64,000 bases of DNA from Podarcis bocagei. Taxonomy: Eukaryota. The first letter of the stretch is position 1. Every line of letters starts with the position of its first letter. Shown one piece after another: positions 1 through 11,351 of the stretch. The position numbers and the translations under genes are program-made. A model generated the notes under the pieces. The model saw only the letters and a list, made by a program, of their open reading frames with translations, was not told where the DNA came from and did not search any database. The stretch lies in assembly GCA_964188305.1 (NCBI GenBank), contig OZ076885.1. One strand, written 5' to 3'.

Positions 1-1820
1 CATTGAGCACCGCGGAATTCTCCCAATGTATTGTAATTACAGGAAAAACTTGTGTTAAATATCTTAATCACTAGGAAAATTCAGCGTGTAACAACCTTGG
101 TTCTTGCCTTGACAGCAGCAGGACTGGTGGCTCAAGTAAAAGACCTGAGATTCAGAAAAACAGGATTCTGTTCCCACCATGCGAACTGATGAACTCAAAC
201 AAATACTCTAAATACTCAAAGCCGGGTAATGTTACGATAACCATTCAAGTACCATTTAATTCACATGAAGCGGCTTTAATTTACATGAAGCAGCATCCAT
301 GGCAAGTCCGTACAGAGATGAGGCTATCTGGACATTGAAAACAATGGGTTAAAAGAGTGTCACACTAAATTCCATTCTCCTAATTCCAAGCATTTTAGAC
401 GTGATGAAGTGATTCTCCCCACAGTGCTGTTAATGGTATTCGCTGTACATCTTTTTTACTTTTATGTACAAGTGTGTTACTGGAAGTTAAAAATGTAGCC
501 TTCGTTACTGGGTTGATAACCTCTGGATGGTTCTTGTGGATTTCTGATGCTTTGCTCATCCACCACACATTTATTTCAATGCAAGTGTATTCAGCCCAAC
601 GATACACTTTGGGTGGGATTCACCTAACAAACCCTGTCAGTGGAAGCACCGTATAATGGCTTCTGGTTGTGCAACAGGAACTTCTCTCCTCTTCTTCCCC
701 TATGCTCCTCCCCCAAATTGGCTGAGCAGGGCTCAGGAAGCCCACCAGAGCAGCACTCAGGAAAAGGGGAGGGAGGATCGTTCTGTCTGGCAAACGGATA
801 TGCTTGCACAAATAAAACGTGTGCAATAGTACACTGGGTTCCACCCTGTGTCACTTAAGTAATCTGAACCTAGCTGCTGTAATTAAATGTCTTTTTTGTT
901 GATTTTGTTGTTTTTAAAGATGGATTTTGGCCATTTTTATTAAAAGTTACCTCATACAAGAGACCAGTCATCCCAGGTTCTCAGAGATCTGGCACAAAGT
1001 GGAAGCAACTTCAGGATAAAAGAGAAGCACAGGTGGGGGAAAAATATATGAAAAGAAAACATATGTAAAAGAAAACACATTTGAATTTGTTTCTACGTAT
1101 GAGATCATATTTCTGGCACATTGTAGAAGCCCTATGGAAGCTGTTTTCCCCAATACTGGAATTCTACAGTGACTAAATTGGTGTTAAATTTAAATCTGTT
1201 CAGGAAGTAATAGTCGATCTGCATTCCACATAAAGACTCTCACAGGCAAAATCATTTATACAAGGTAAAGTTGGCAAAAGGAAGTCCAGTGAAAGAAAGA
1301 AAAATACACACATTAAATTAACCCATACTGTACTTTTCAGATCAGAAACACTGCTGCATAATGTAACTTCTTTGGGAAGTGATTGTTTAGTTAGACCACA
1401 AATAATACTACGAATACATTTGTGTAATGTCAAGTCACAAAACTGTTATTTCAAATGCATTATATAACACAATATAAATTAATGTGTTTTATGGAATAAG
1501 TGTCGCTATTATCCACTGCATAAAGTGTAAAGAGCTTTAACAAATTCATAACTGTGTTATTTCAGGGTACTTTATTATAGTTTCAGTATTACATTTCGGA
1601 ACTCTGTTGGCATATACACTAAAACCTTTATAACAAATGCTGGGGGCTAAAATCAGTCTCTATCGGGATGTTCGCAGTTTCTCCTTGGGCTAATTTACCA
1701 TCCAGTCACCCTCGCTATCCTGCATCCCCTAGTTTAGCCCTTGACTCCACAAATACCACTCATTTACCCCCATTCCACCCCCTCCTAGCATCAGCCCTCA
1801 GTGACTGTGGAGTCTGGAAG

Positions 1821-1858
1821 AAGGAAGGAAGGAAGGAAGGAAGGAAGGAAGGAAGGAA
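1821..1858. repeat. (AAGG)n microsatellite
   Basis: Perfect tetranucleotide run. Confidence 0.95.
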
Positions 1859-2003
1859 AGTGAAAGTGAGAGATCAGAGAGAAGAATTATGCCCTGCCAC
1901 TGCATGCCTGTAAGGAATTGTTCTAAGGCCCATGTATCATTTTAGTCTGAAAACAGCTCTGGAAAACTTTGCCAGAGGTTTGAAACTGTCCCAAGCTTTC
2001 CCT

Positions 2004-2062
2004 TCTACTCTACTCTACTCTACTCTACTCTACTCTACTCTACTCTACTCTACTCTACTCTA
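2004..2062. repeat. (TACTC)n microsatellite
   Basis: Perfect pentanucleotide run. Confidence 0.95.
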
Positions 2063-2918
2063 TCTTTAGCTGTGAGATCCAATAGCTCTTGAACTTACTA
2101 CCCTGTTTTTAGCCTCACTGCAGCTCCCTAAAAACCATCATTTTAGCCACCAAAAGTAAAGACTCATCCACACTTCTGTTTCTCCCATGATTTCGACGGA
2201 CGGGTCTGAGAAGAAAACTCAATTGACAGTTGTTCCAATTCAGGAGTAAACAACAGGTTTTCCTAGGGAAAGCAGCGGGACAAAAGAAAAGCTTCTTGGA
2301 CCCTTGTATAGGAATCATGGGATAGACAGAAGTGTAAACCAGTCCTAACTCTCCAAATCAGAGAGCCTGGCTCTTTCTAAGTCCCCAGGTATGTGGTATA
2401 CAACCCCACCTAGTAGCTTTGTTGGCTGCAGAGTCTGCACACAAGTGTTCCCAAAATCCCATTGGCAATTAGAGCTTTCTGCACAATGTGGTCAATAGAA
2501 TAAGCTGAACCTCCAGCTAGCAGGCTCGCAGATGAACAAAGAGCGGAAGACAGCCCAAGATGTGAGGGCAGAAGTGTGCCTGCATCCCTAAAAGCAGGGT
2601 GTTTACAAGATAATCTGCCAAGTGAGCACACAGTACTGTCAGCAGGCCTATTGAGATCCTCTCTATGTAGCCTTATTATAATAACTTCAAATATGTCATT
2701 TGTGCCACTATGTCATCAAGTTAATTGTCCTGGGATGGGCCTATGGACACTGCCAATAAATCTGAGGCACTCAGCTATTGTGGCGCGCTGACGAGCGTGG
2801 CAGAAAAGCCTGCTAATAGTGTTTCCCTCTACTGCCCCTCTGCTCGTGGTCCCTGTAAAATAGTCGGTTGTGTGGATCTTTTCTTAACTGTTCTAGTTCC
2901 ACCTTCTTCCAATAAAGA

Positions 2919-2964
<46 letters not shown>
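2919..2964. repeat. (ATT)n microsatellite, possibly the tail of an antisense retroposon relic
   Basis: Perfect ATT run; the downstream 'aagaaccccataaggtag' weakly resembles CORE-SINE sequence. Confidence 0.9.
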
Positions 2965-2965
<1 letters not shown>

Positions 2966-3209
2966 CGCCTCTATAGAGCTCATAGTGCAATGCTAGCCTT
3001 TCAAGAACCCCATAAGGTAGCTTTTGGCTGTGAGATAATGACGATACCCTTCCATTGCTTCAAAGTAACTTTCTTTGTTACTTCTTTGTTACTTCATATG
3101 GCCTGGTTTTCTTTAACAAGAAACAGGCAGTATAATAGGGCACAGAATGATCTCAATAACACTTAAGCACACATAACTCTGCAGAAAGTAGTGGCCTCCA
3201 GGTCTATAT

Positions 3210-3349
3210 CAGGGGTAGGACAGACTTGTGGCCCTCCAGATGTTGTTGGAGTAGAACTCCTATAATCTCTGACCATAGACCATGCTGGCTGGAGCTGATG
3301 GGAGGTGGAGTCCAGCAACATATGGAGTGCCACACATCCCTCATCCCTG
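3210..3349. mobile_element. ~140-bp palindromic non-autonomous hAT (Charlie-like) MITE
   Basis: Ends CAGGGGT...ATCCCTG; internal inverted arms (gtggccctccagatgttg / caacatatggagtgccac); degenerate 8-bp TSD gtctatat/atctatgg. Confidence 0.85.
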
Positions 3350-3472
3350 ATCTATGGGTGATGATTTGCCCACTGTATGCAATTTCCTGATTTGCATTTG
3401 GGGTTCATACTCTTTCTCCGTTGTCGCTGAAACAAGCTAGCCTCATGATGTGACTGAAACAAGCTAGCATCG

Positions 3473-3810
3473 AGAACATCAGAAGCTCCCTGTTAAAGGC
3501 CCATCTTGTCCAGCATCTTGTTCTCACTGTGGCCAACCAAATATGTTTATCCAAAGCCCATGAGCGGGACCTGAATGCAAAAGCCCTCTCTCACTGTGTA
3601 ATTCCCAGCAACTAGTGTTCAGAAGCATACCACCTCCATCAGTGAAGGTAGAACATTGCTACCCCAGCCAGTAGACTTACGCTCCCTGAATCTGTCTAAT
3701 CCTCTTTTAAAGCCATTAAAAATGGTGTCCATCACTGCATCTTCTTGCCATCAATACACTAAAATCCATAGTGCCCTCTTTCCGTGTCTAGTTCTAACTC
3801 TGCCTCATTT
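3473..3810 (-). mobile_element. CR1 LINE 3' end/3'UTR relic
   Basis: Antisense CR1 tail (agaacatcagaag...aaggcccatcttgtccagcatc...tctaatcctcttttaaagcc), homologous to the 3' end of the CR1 at 41.8-43.3 kb. Confidence 0.8.
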
Positions 3811-3889
3811 GAATGATCATAAACATTTTCTGAATGATTTGCTCTGAACAAAATGCTCCTCAGCTCCTGTTACCTACCCACAATCATTT

Positions 3890-4100
3890 TAAAAGCTACT
3901 CTTCCAGATTTTTAAAATTATTATTGTAAGTGACAACAGTCTGATTCCTTCTTGATTTAAGTGGAACCATCCCCTTTGTACAGGCCTTGCTTGTACCAAA
4001 ATGTTCCCTAGTGGCTAACAAATCGAAACCCCTCCTTCCAACACTACCATTTCCTCCTCAGGCATTGAGACTGCACAACTTTGCCTGCCTATCTGACAAG
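3890..4100 (-). mobile_element. CR1 ORF1 (SGNH/esterase-like) C-terminal relic
   Basis: Minus strand reads ...CWKEGFRFVSH*GTFWYKQGLYKGDG/HLNQEGIRLL, resembling the CR1 ORF1 DGLHLN motif, with stops and a frameshift. Confidence 0.7.
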
Positions 4101-4239
4101 TCACCATGCCCATCACATCCCCATCTATCTCAGTTTTGATCATCATGGCATTGGCCAAATCAACTCCAATCTAGTCAGGCGCAAATACTTGTGTAAATAA
4201 CTACCACTCACTGTGAAATACAATTGGAATTCCTCTGTA

Positions 4240-4461
4240 CAGTGGAACCTCAGGTTGCGAACGTGATCCATGTGGGAGGCACGTTCACAACCTGCAGTGT
4301 TCACAACCCACAGTGCTGCGTCTGTGCATGCGTGGGTTGCGCTTCTGCACATGTGCGAGCACCGAAACCCGGAACTAACCCGTTCCGGTACTTCCGGGTT
4401 CGGCGAGGTGTGCAACCCGAAAACACATAACCTGAAGCGTCTGTAACCCGAGGTACCACTC
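4240..4461. mobile_element. Tc1/mariner (Tigger-like) MITE
   Basis: TA|CAGTGGAACCTC...GAGGTACCACTC|TA; terminal inverted repeats (TIRs) with TA TSD. Confidence 0.9.
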
Positions 4462-4498
4462 TACTGCTTTCCAACCTATTGCCAGCATAGTTTTAGGA

Positions 4499-4823
4499 CA
4501 GGGGTCAACAACCTTTTTCAGCCATGGGCTGGCCCACTGTCCCTCAGACCATGTGGTGAGCCAGACTATATTTTGAAAAAAAATAATAATGAACAAATTC
4601 CTATGCCCCACAAATAACCCAGAGATGCATTTTAAATTAAATCACACATTCTACTCATGTGAAAATACTAGGCAGGCCCCACAAATAACCCAGAGATGCA
4701 TTTTAAATAAAAGGACACATTGTACTCATGTAAAAACACACTGATTCCCGGACCATCCGTGGGCCGTATTGAGAAGGTGATTGGGCCGCATCCGGCCCCC
4801 AGGCCTTACTTTGCCTACCCCTG
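4499..4823 (+). mobile_element. non-autonomous hAT element
   Basis: TIRs CAGGGGTCAACAA / TTGCCTACCCCTG; perfect 8-bp TSD TTTTAGGA; homologous to 31330-31579 in reverse orientation. Confidence 0.93.
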
Positions 4824-5712
4824 TTTTAGGAGGTCTTTAAAATCTGCTCTTTGAATTGATACTAAAAAGAAAGCTCCGCCAAAGCCATAAATAGGAACCC
4901 CTCATTCTCTTTTGATGTATCAAAAGCATATTGTTCCAGTTACCTTCAAGAACAGCTCCCCCTTTCCCCAGCCCAAATGGCTTCTTAAACCATTCTAGAT
5001 GAATGATGGGGGTATACATCATGGGTCGTACTAGAGGTTTCCTAGATGTGTCCACAAAACAATATGTGGACAGGCAGGGAGCATCCAAGAACCTGGAAAT
5101 GAACCTGCAGGCTGTCCTAAGATTTAATTTCATTTTATTCAAACTAATTTCCTATACTAGGATAACCCATGTAAGAAAATGTGTGTTGTAATATATGAAG
5201 TGTGGTAGGCTTTTTTTTTTTTTAACAACAGCACCGAAAGAAGGAACTTTGACTTGAGGAAATCTCAAGTCATCTTAAGATTTGACTTGTCATAAGGCAG
5301 TTCTGGACAGGCTCCCCCCTCCCCCCCACCCCGTGGTTTGGCTTATTTCCTTGAGCTAGCTAATTTCCCCTTACCTTTGGGCATCTTTCATATATCATGT
5401 TTTGTCCATTTCTCTTCTCTAACTATGACACTCTGTCATCCAAAAATACCCACAAAGTGGGAGGGTGCTTGTTGCACAATAGGCACCTGTTGAGACTCAA
5501 TATATATTTATATAGCTGGTTCATGGGGGCTTTTGCCCTCTTAATCTACCAGGGAGTGCCAAGTAGTGGCCTACTGGTCACATCTGGCCCCCAGTCTTAT
5601 TTCCTCTGGTCCTGCTGTTCCCATACCACTTTCCAAGTGGCACACAGGATGTATCTTGTGATGTTTTTGGTCTGAGTTGTGTTGGTTTGGGGGTGACTCC
5701 TGGGCTCTAGAT

Positions 5713-5838
5713 TAGGGATGGGGAACCTGCAGCCCTCTAGATGTTGTGGGACTGCAGGTCCCATCAGACTAGCCAGCATGGCCAAATCTCAGTAGTGGTA
5801 GGAACTGTAGTCCAGCAAAATCTGGAGGGCTGCAGATT
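5713..5838. mobile_element. palindromic hAT MITE (same family as 3210-3349), 3'-truncated
   Basis: tagggatggggaacctgcagccctctagatgttg...aaaatctggagggctgcag inverted arms. Confidence 0.8.
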
Positions 5839-6184
5839 ATGTAGATTATGTAAAGAAATTGATGGAAGATTAATGGAAGGCATAATGGTGTAGTACACCA
5901 GAAGCCAAAGGCAGATGGTTCCTGAATTCATTTCAGACCTACAAGTTGCCCATTTGCACAGAGTCATATTCATTCAAATAAGTAACTACACACCAACTTT
6001 TGGGAAACTTGCTTGGTGACAGTTAGTTCTAACGCCTTATTTATTTTGGAAAACCTAATGCATAAAACAGAAGGAGACCAAGGGTATGATTCTGAACTCA
6101 GTGGCTTCTATTTGCTTTAAGACAAACTTGACTTGAAATTAAGAAACAAAACAAAACAGAAGCACTCTAAAAGTTCTCACATAA

Positions 6185-6238
6185 CTTCTTCTTCTTCTAC
6201 TACTACTTATTATTATTATTATTATTATTACTACTACT
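6185..6238. repeat. compound (CTT)(TAC)(TAT) trinucleotide microsatellite
   Basis: Direct reading. Confidence 0.9.
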
Positions 6239-6571
6239 GGAACAAGAATATTTCTGCAGGTCATTTCCATAACTCTACATTTCAGCTGAAAAAAGTAACT
6301 GAGAAAGACACAGTTCCAGAAACCTGCTTCTTAACTCTCAGCATAGTTGCAGGTTTTGAGGAATAGCAGCTGAGGGACAATTCACACAAAACCACTCTCT
6401 GTGCAGCGTGTGTTTTTAAACCTTGTGTATGATGCAATTGGATTATCTGGATATTTTGTCACAAACGTGGCTAAAACAAAGCACGGATTTTATTGGCAGT
6501 TGCCTGAGCACAATTTCTCGCCATGTCAAGTTGATTAAAAATGAGCTGGTCAACACACGTATTGTATAAAT

Positions 6572-6959
6572 CAGGGGTTCCCAAGCTGTGGCTCATGGAC
6601 CACTTTGTGGTTCACAACTTTCATCAGGTAAGTCTGTGTATTTGTGGCTGATGATAGGAGATGACACATCCGTCACATTAAATATTCATAAATGATTTCA
6701 AATTGTATTTTAATTGTCTCTTTTATTTCTTATATTGTATTTTTTTGTATAACTGTAATAACATAAAATACAATACATAATAAATAAAATAAGCAATAAA
6801 AATACCTTAAAAAATCATACAGCCCCTTGCACAGCGCATTATAATTGCTCCAAACAAGCAGAAAAAGCATTAAGTGGTCTGCCAAGATACTTAGCAATTT
6901 TCAAGTTGTCTATGCGGGGAGGGGGGAGTTGAGTGGGGCGGGGGGGGGGGGCCTCACTG
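6572..6959 (+). mobile_element. older non-autonomous hAT element with AT-rich core
   Basis: CAGGGGTTCCCAA...CACTG ends; degenerate TSD gtataaat/gcgtaaat; homologous in reverse to 31271-31918. Confidence 0.75.
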
Positions 6960-7414
6960 GCGTAAATCAAGGTTGAAGAAAAGCAGTAAGCTGGCTATAT
7001 ACACAGTAGATGAATGAACAGGCCCTTAGTATGGTGTGCTGGTTTTGGAGAGTAGAATAGGCACCCCCAGTTTCATGCAATGTCATGAAAGCTAACCTAA
7101 AGTTATGCCAGCTGTGAGTGTACATAGTTGTAAAAAGGCCAAAACTTAAAAGCAACCTATGCAGCAGGATTAAAAACTGGAACCTACACTGTGTACTACA
7201 GAAGCCTTTTCTGACATTACAGATCTGCAGATGTGCCTTTTAGGAAATAGAGGTGTTTTTGCACTAATCACTATTTAGAGTGAGGAGAATGTACAAAACA
7301 GGTACACCAAAGAGGTGATACAGCCCGAGTGATACTATAGCTATTTTGCAAAGTTAACAAAGCCTCACTCTTATAAAAACCTGAACAGTTGATAAACTCT
7401 CTGGGTTTTAGAAC

Positions 7415-7697
7415 NNNNNNNNNNNNNNNNNNNNNNNNNNNNNNNNNNNNNNNNNNNNNNNNNNNNNNNNNNNNNNNNNNNNNNNNNNNNNNNNNNNNNN
7501 NNNNNNNNNNNNNNNNNNNNNNNNNNNNNNNNNNNNNNNNNNNNNNNNNNNNNNNNNNNNNNNNNNNNNNNNNNNNNNNNNNNNNNNNNNNNNNNNNNNN
7601 NNNNNNNNNNNNNNNNNNNNNNNNNNNNNNNNNNNNNNNNNNNNNNNNNNNNNNNNNNNNNNNNNNNNNNNNNNNNNNNNNNNNNNNNNNTCTTCCC
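7415..7697 (-). other. N-block 1 (7415-7690, 276 nt) preceded by a strong minus-strand 3' splice site; putative masked exon
   Basis: Minus strand: ccttac (branch-like) tgctcctgctttctctttctcttgaag|GGGAAGA then N. Confidence 0.6.
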
Positions 7698-8109
7698 CTT
7701 CAAGAGAAAGAGAAAGCAGGAGCAGTAAGGGGAGGGGAGCCAAACATTTACGTGGGGACAAGAGGACTGACTACACAGGAAACCTGGACCGAGCCTAAAC
7801 GCCTGACGAAAGCCTTTAATATTTTCTACATTCCTCAAGGCATTCGCCTTCTGTAGTAGGACATATTCCTTTCAAGTATACCCAGATAAGGGAATTCGTT
7901 AAAAAACCCAAACAGGAAATGTATAGCCTTGTAAGTCTATCACTTTATTTACTTTGTACGTTATAGATTTAAACTAATTCACATCCTTCCTGTTAACATC
8001 TGGCATGCTAATTCCATTGCCTTCGGAACGAACTCAAAAGCTGATAGTAAAACAAAACAAAATTAATCACCCAAACGAAGAAGTTTTAATGATGCCGGGC
8101 TAGTCTTAC

Positions 8110-8175
8110 CTGTATACTGATCAGAGAAATGTGATGTGCATGGTGTAGCGAGTGGCAGTAGGGAGCTCGAGCCCT
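8110..8175 (-). CDS. putative 66-nt internal (cassette) exon of an unidentified gene, reading (E)GSSSLLPLATPCTSHFSDQYT(G) in phase 1
   Basis: Donor CAG|GTAAGA at 8110/8109; acceptor ttcag| at 8175 (alternative ctag| at 8180); stop-free; length divisible by 3. Confidence 0.5.
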
Positions 8176-8415
8176 CTGAACTAGTAAGCCAGGATATATA
8201 GATATATATAAGGCAGAAAGAATTTCTCTTGGTTTGGCCGAGCCCTGGGTTGGTCTAGGCCACGATTAGACCTGAGTCAGGTCAGATGCATCATATCAGT
8301 TTTCCTGTCCTCCTCACCCCATCTTCTATTTCAGTGCTCTGCTTCATGTAAAAATGTAGGCTACAACTCCTCCAGGGTCCATATAATGCCGGTGGTATGT
8401 TTGTGTTTCGAAATA

Positions 8416-8621
8416 CAGTGGTACCTCGGGTTAAGTACTTAATTCGTTCCGGAGGTCCGTTCTTAACCTGAAACTGTTCTTAACCTGAAGCACCGCCGGA
8501 GCACGATTTCTGTTCTCATCCTGAAGCAAAGTTCTTAACCTGAGGTACTATTTCTGGGTTAGCGGAGTCTGTAACCTGAAGAGTATGTAACCTGAAGCAT
8601 ATGTAACCCGAGGTACCACTG
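8416..8621. mobile_element. Tc1/mariner (Tigger-like) MITE
   Basis: TA|CAGTGGTACCTCGGGTTA...TAACCCGAGGTACCACTG|TA, perfect 18-bp TIR. Confidence 0.95.
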
Positions 8622-9861
8622 TAATGGTGTAGAGCGAGCAGCCATTTCTGAGATGCTTTAATTAGAGACTGCGTTTATTCTTGTTTCTAATAAACCATAG
8701 CCAATCCAGCAAGACCAAATCCACTGGGAAGTTCTATATAAGCCTCGGTGAAAGGAATGGATGCTGTGCAACGTCACATTTCCACAGCCATTTCAACAGG
8801 ACTCGCTTAGGAGAATTTGCCAACATGTTGTATCCAACCTGAACAACTGTTATGTCTTTATGGGCACATGTAGGTGACAACCCAGCTGAGAGGTGCTTAA
8901 CCAGAGGTTAGCAGGAGGACTACGCTTCTGTTTCACAGCTGGCACTCACGATAGGCACATTGTGAGCTTACATTACTCAATAAATGGCAGGATCAGTTGA
9001 GAAAATGAGGAGCACCCACTGCCAGCAGCCAGTTTGAGCAGGAATTTTAAGGGCATATGACCAAAATGGGGAGGGAAGGTTAGGAGAGGGAAGAGGGACT
9101 ATCCAAAATACAACAAAAAGGATTATGAGCCATAATCATGACGACAACACTGGTACTTAGGCAAACAAAAGTCTGATTGAAACCAAGCCCCAGGCTCAAA
9201 CCAGGCACCAAGGACTACTGTGCCAAAAGTCAAACAGGAAAATAAATCTCATAGAATTCACTTATTAAGATCGTTCTTGTTTCATGAGATGCACAATGAA
9301 TCAGGAATTCAGCTAGATCAAGAAACATTCCCCCCCCCTATGGTGCCTTTCATGCTCTAGAATTCCTCATGCCCTCTACCAAGAAACAAACTTGTGAGCT
9401 TGCCAGTACAGTGGCTCAAGGATGAGACATATAATCAAGATAAGGAACAGTAAAACAGTTAGGCTTTGCCAAAGTTTGCAGTAACTGGAGGTTGCTCGAA
9501 TGTACATACAATTCCTAACTGGAAAGAGCTCCCGTTTCGAATTATCTCACAATCCATGCATATGCCATAATGTGAGATAACTGCAAATACATGTGTCTTT
9601 TACTGCCTGTAGATGCACTGGGAAGCTGTGACTGGCTGTGATTTCCAAGCATGTATATAGCAAAAAATTATGCACGAGCACCGATCACACATGACAGGGG
9701 CACATGACAGTTTCATATGAATACTGACACAGAAGTAGTTTCAGGGTGGGAATTTGGGAATGCTTTACAACTTCAGTCCTGTTCCATATCCTATATCCAG
9801 TATGTTATTGGCCCTAACAGATCTTTTTGGGCCCTGTGCTCACCTTTAGTCCAAATGTATA

Positions 9862-10081
9862 CAGCGGTACCTTGGGTTACAAATACCTCGGGTTACAAAC
9901 ACCTCGGGTTACAGACCTGGAAGCAGTACCTCAGATTAAGAACTTTCCCTCAGGATGAGAACAGAAATCGTGCAGCGGCAGCGGGAGGCTATTAGCTAAA
10001 GTGGTACCTCAGGTTAAGAACGGTTTCACATTAAGAACAGACCTCCAGAATGAATTAAGTTCATAACCAGAGGTACCACTG
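9862..10081. mobile_element. Tc1/mariner (Tigger-like) MITE, same family as 8416 but inverted
   Basis: TA|CAGCGGTACCTTGGGTTA...GAGGTACCACTG|TA; shares caggatgagaacagaaatcgtgc. Confidence 0.93.
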
Positions 10082-10833
10082 TATCTGGAAACTTATTAAC
10101 TGGTTTTAAATTATACATGTTTACGGTGGCAATGCTGCCATTGTGACCCACCTTATATTAGGCTGCAACCCAGCAGTGCATTTCCTTAAAGACAAATATA
10201 TGACTTCCTTTTCTTATCTCTCAGAATATGTGTTGGTCACATGGAACCATGCCTGTATATCCCTCCATAAATAGCACTCCTGTTCATCTGAATTCCAAAT
10301 TATTTTTGATAGCCCCTGAGCCACTTGGGAAAACATGGTTGTCCTCTAGGCATGTGCTAGTATTGATACCATGATATCATAACTGGGCTTTCCACCACCG
10401 TCCTGTGAAGGGTGAAAGAACTGAGCCCAGCAAGAGTGACTTGAGACCAAGATTTGGATGGGGGAAATCAGCCCCGCAAACAGTTAGTACACACCAGTCC
10501 TACCACCATCACCATCAAAAGTGTCAAGCCACGGTTGAATCTTTAATGTGAGGTGAAGTGATGCAGAAAACCTCCCAGTGGACTCTCTGCACTAGGGTGA
10601 GTTGCATTCTTAATGAGTCTAATCAGATTAACATTACAATTCAGTCCCTTGTGTGGAAACAATGCAAAACCAAATTTAGTAACCCAGTTTATACCACCTC
10701 ACTCTGAGTAGTTTTGTTTATGGCTTGCATGCTGCATTGAAAGCTCTGGCTTTCTCCCACAGTGCCTTGCTAAAGGAATTCCCCTGTAATGTTGCTGAAT
10801 GTAGATGTTAACATCCATCAAGTTCCTCCCCGA

Positions 10834-10866
10834 ATCCATCCATCCATCCATCCATCCATCCATCCA
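10834..10866. repeat. (ATCC)n microsatellite
   Basis: Direct reading. Confidence 0.95.
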
Positions 10867-11075
10867 ATCAGTCACAAGTTGAGATAAACTGGTAAATCTG
10901 CCTCTGGTTAACACTCTCCCCACATACTAAAAGAAAAAGAAAAAGAAAGAAAGACAGTTGTTGTTCACTGTTCCCAACAGGAAAGATTTGATTTGGGCTA
11001 CATATGACTGGGGGAGGTGTTTGAGAGCCGATTTCATTTACTGTAAAAAAAAAAAAAACACAACGAAACGAAACA

Positions 11076-11351
11076 NNNNNNNNNNNNNNNNNNNNNNNNN
11101 NNNNNNNNNNNNNNNNNNNNNNNNNNNNNNNNNNNNNNNNNNNNNNNNNNNNNNNNNNNNNNNNNNNNNNNNNNNNNNNNNNNNNNNNNNNNNNNNNNNN
11201 NNNNNNNNNNNNNNNNNNNNNNNNNNNNNNNNNNNNNNNNNNNNNNNNNNNNNNNNNNNNNNNNNNNNNNNNNNNNNNNNNNNNNNNNNNNNNNNNNNNN
11301 NNNNNNNNNNNNNNNNNNNNNNNNNNNNNNNNNNNNTTCTATTCCAATAAC
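11076..11351 (-). other. N-block 2 (11076-11336, 261 nt) preceded by a minus-strand acceptor; putative masked exon starting VIGIE or (x)YWNR
   Basis: Minus strand: ataaacttttctcag|GTTATTGGAATAGAA then N. Confidence 0.55.
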
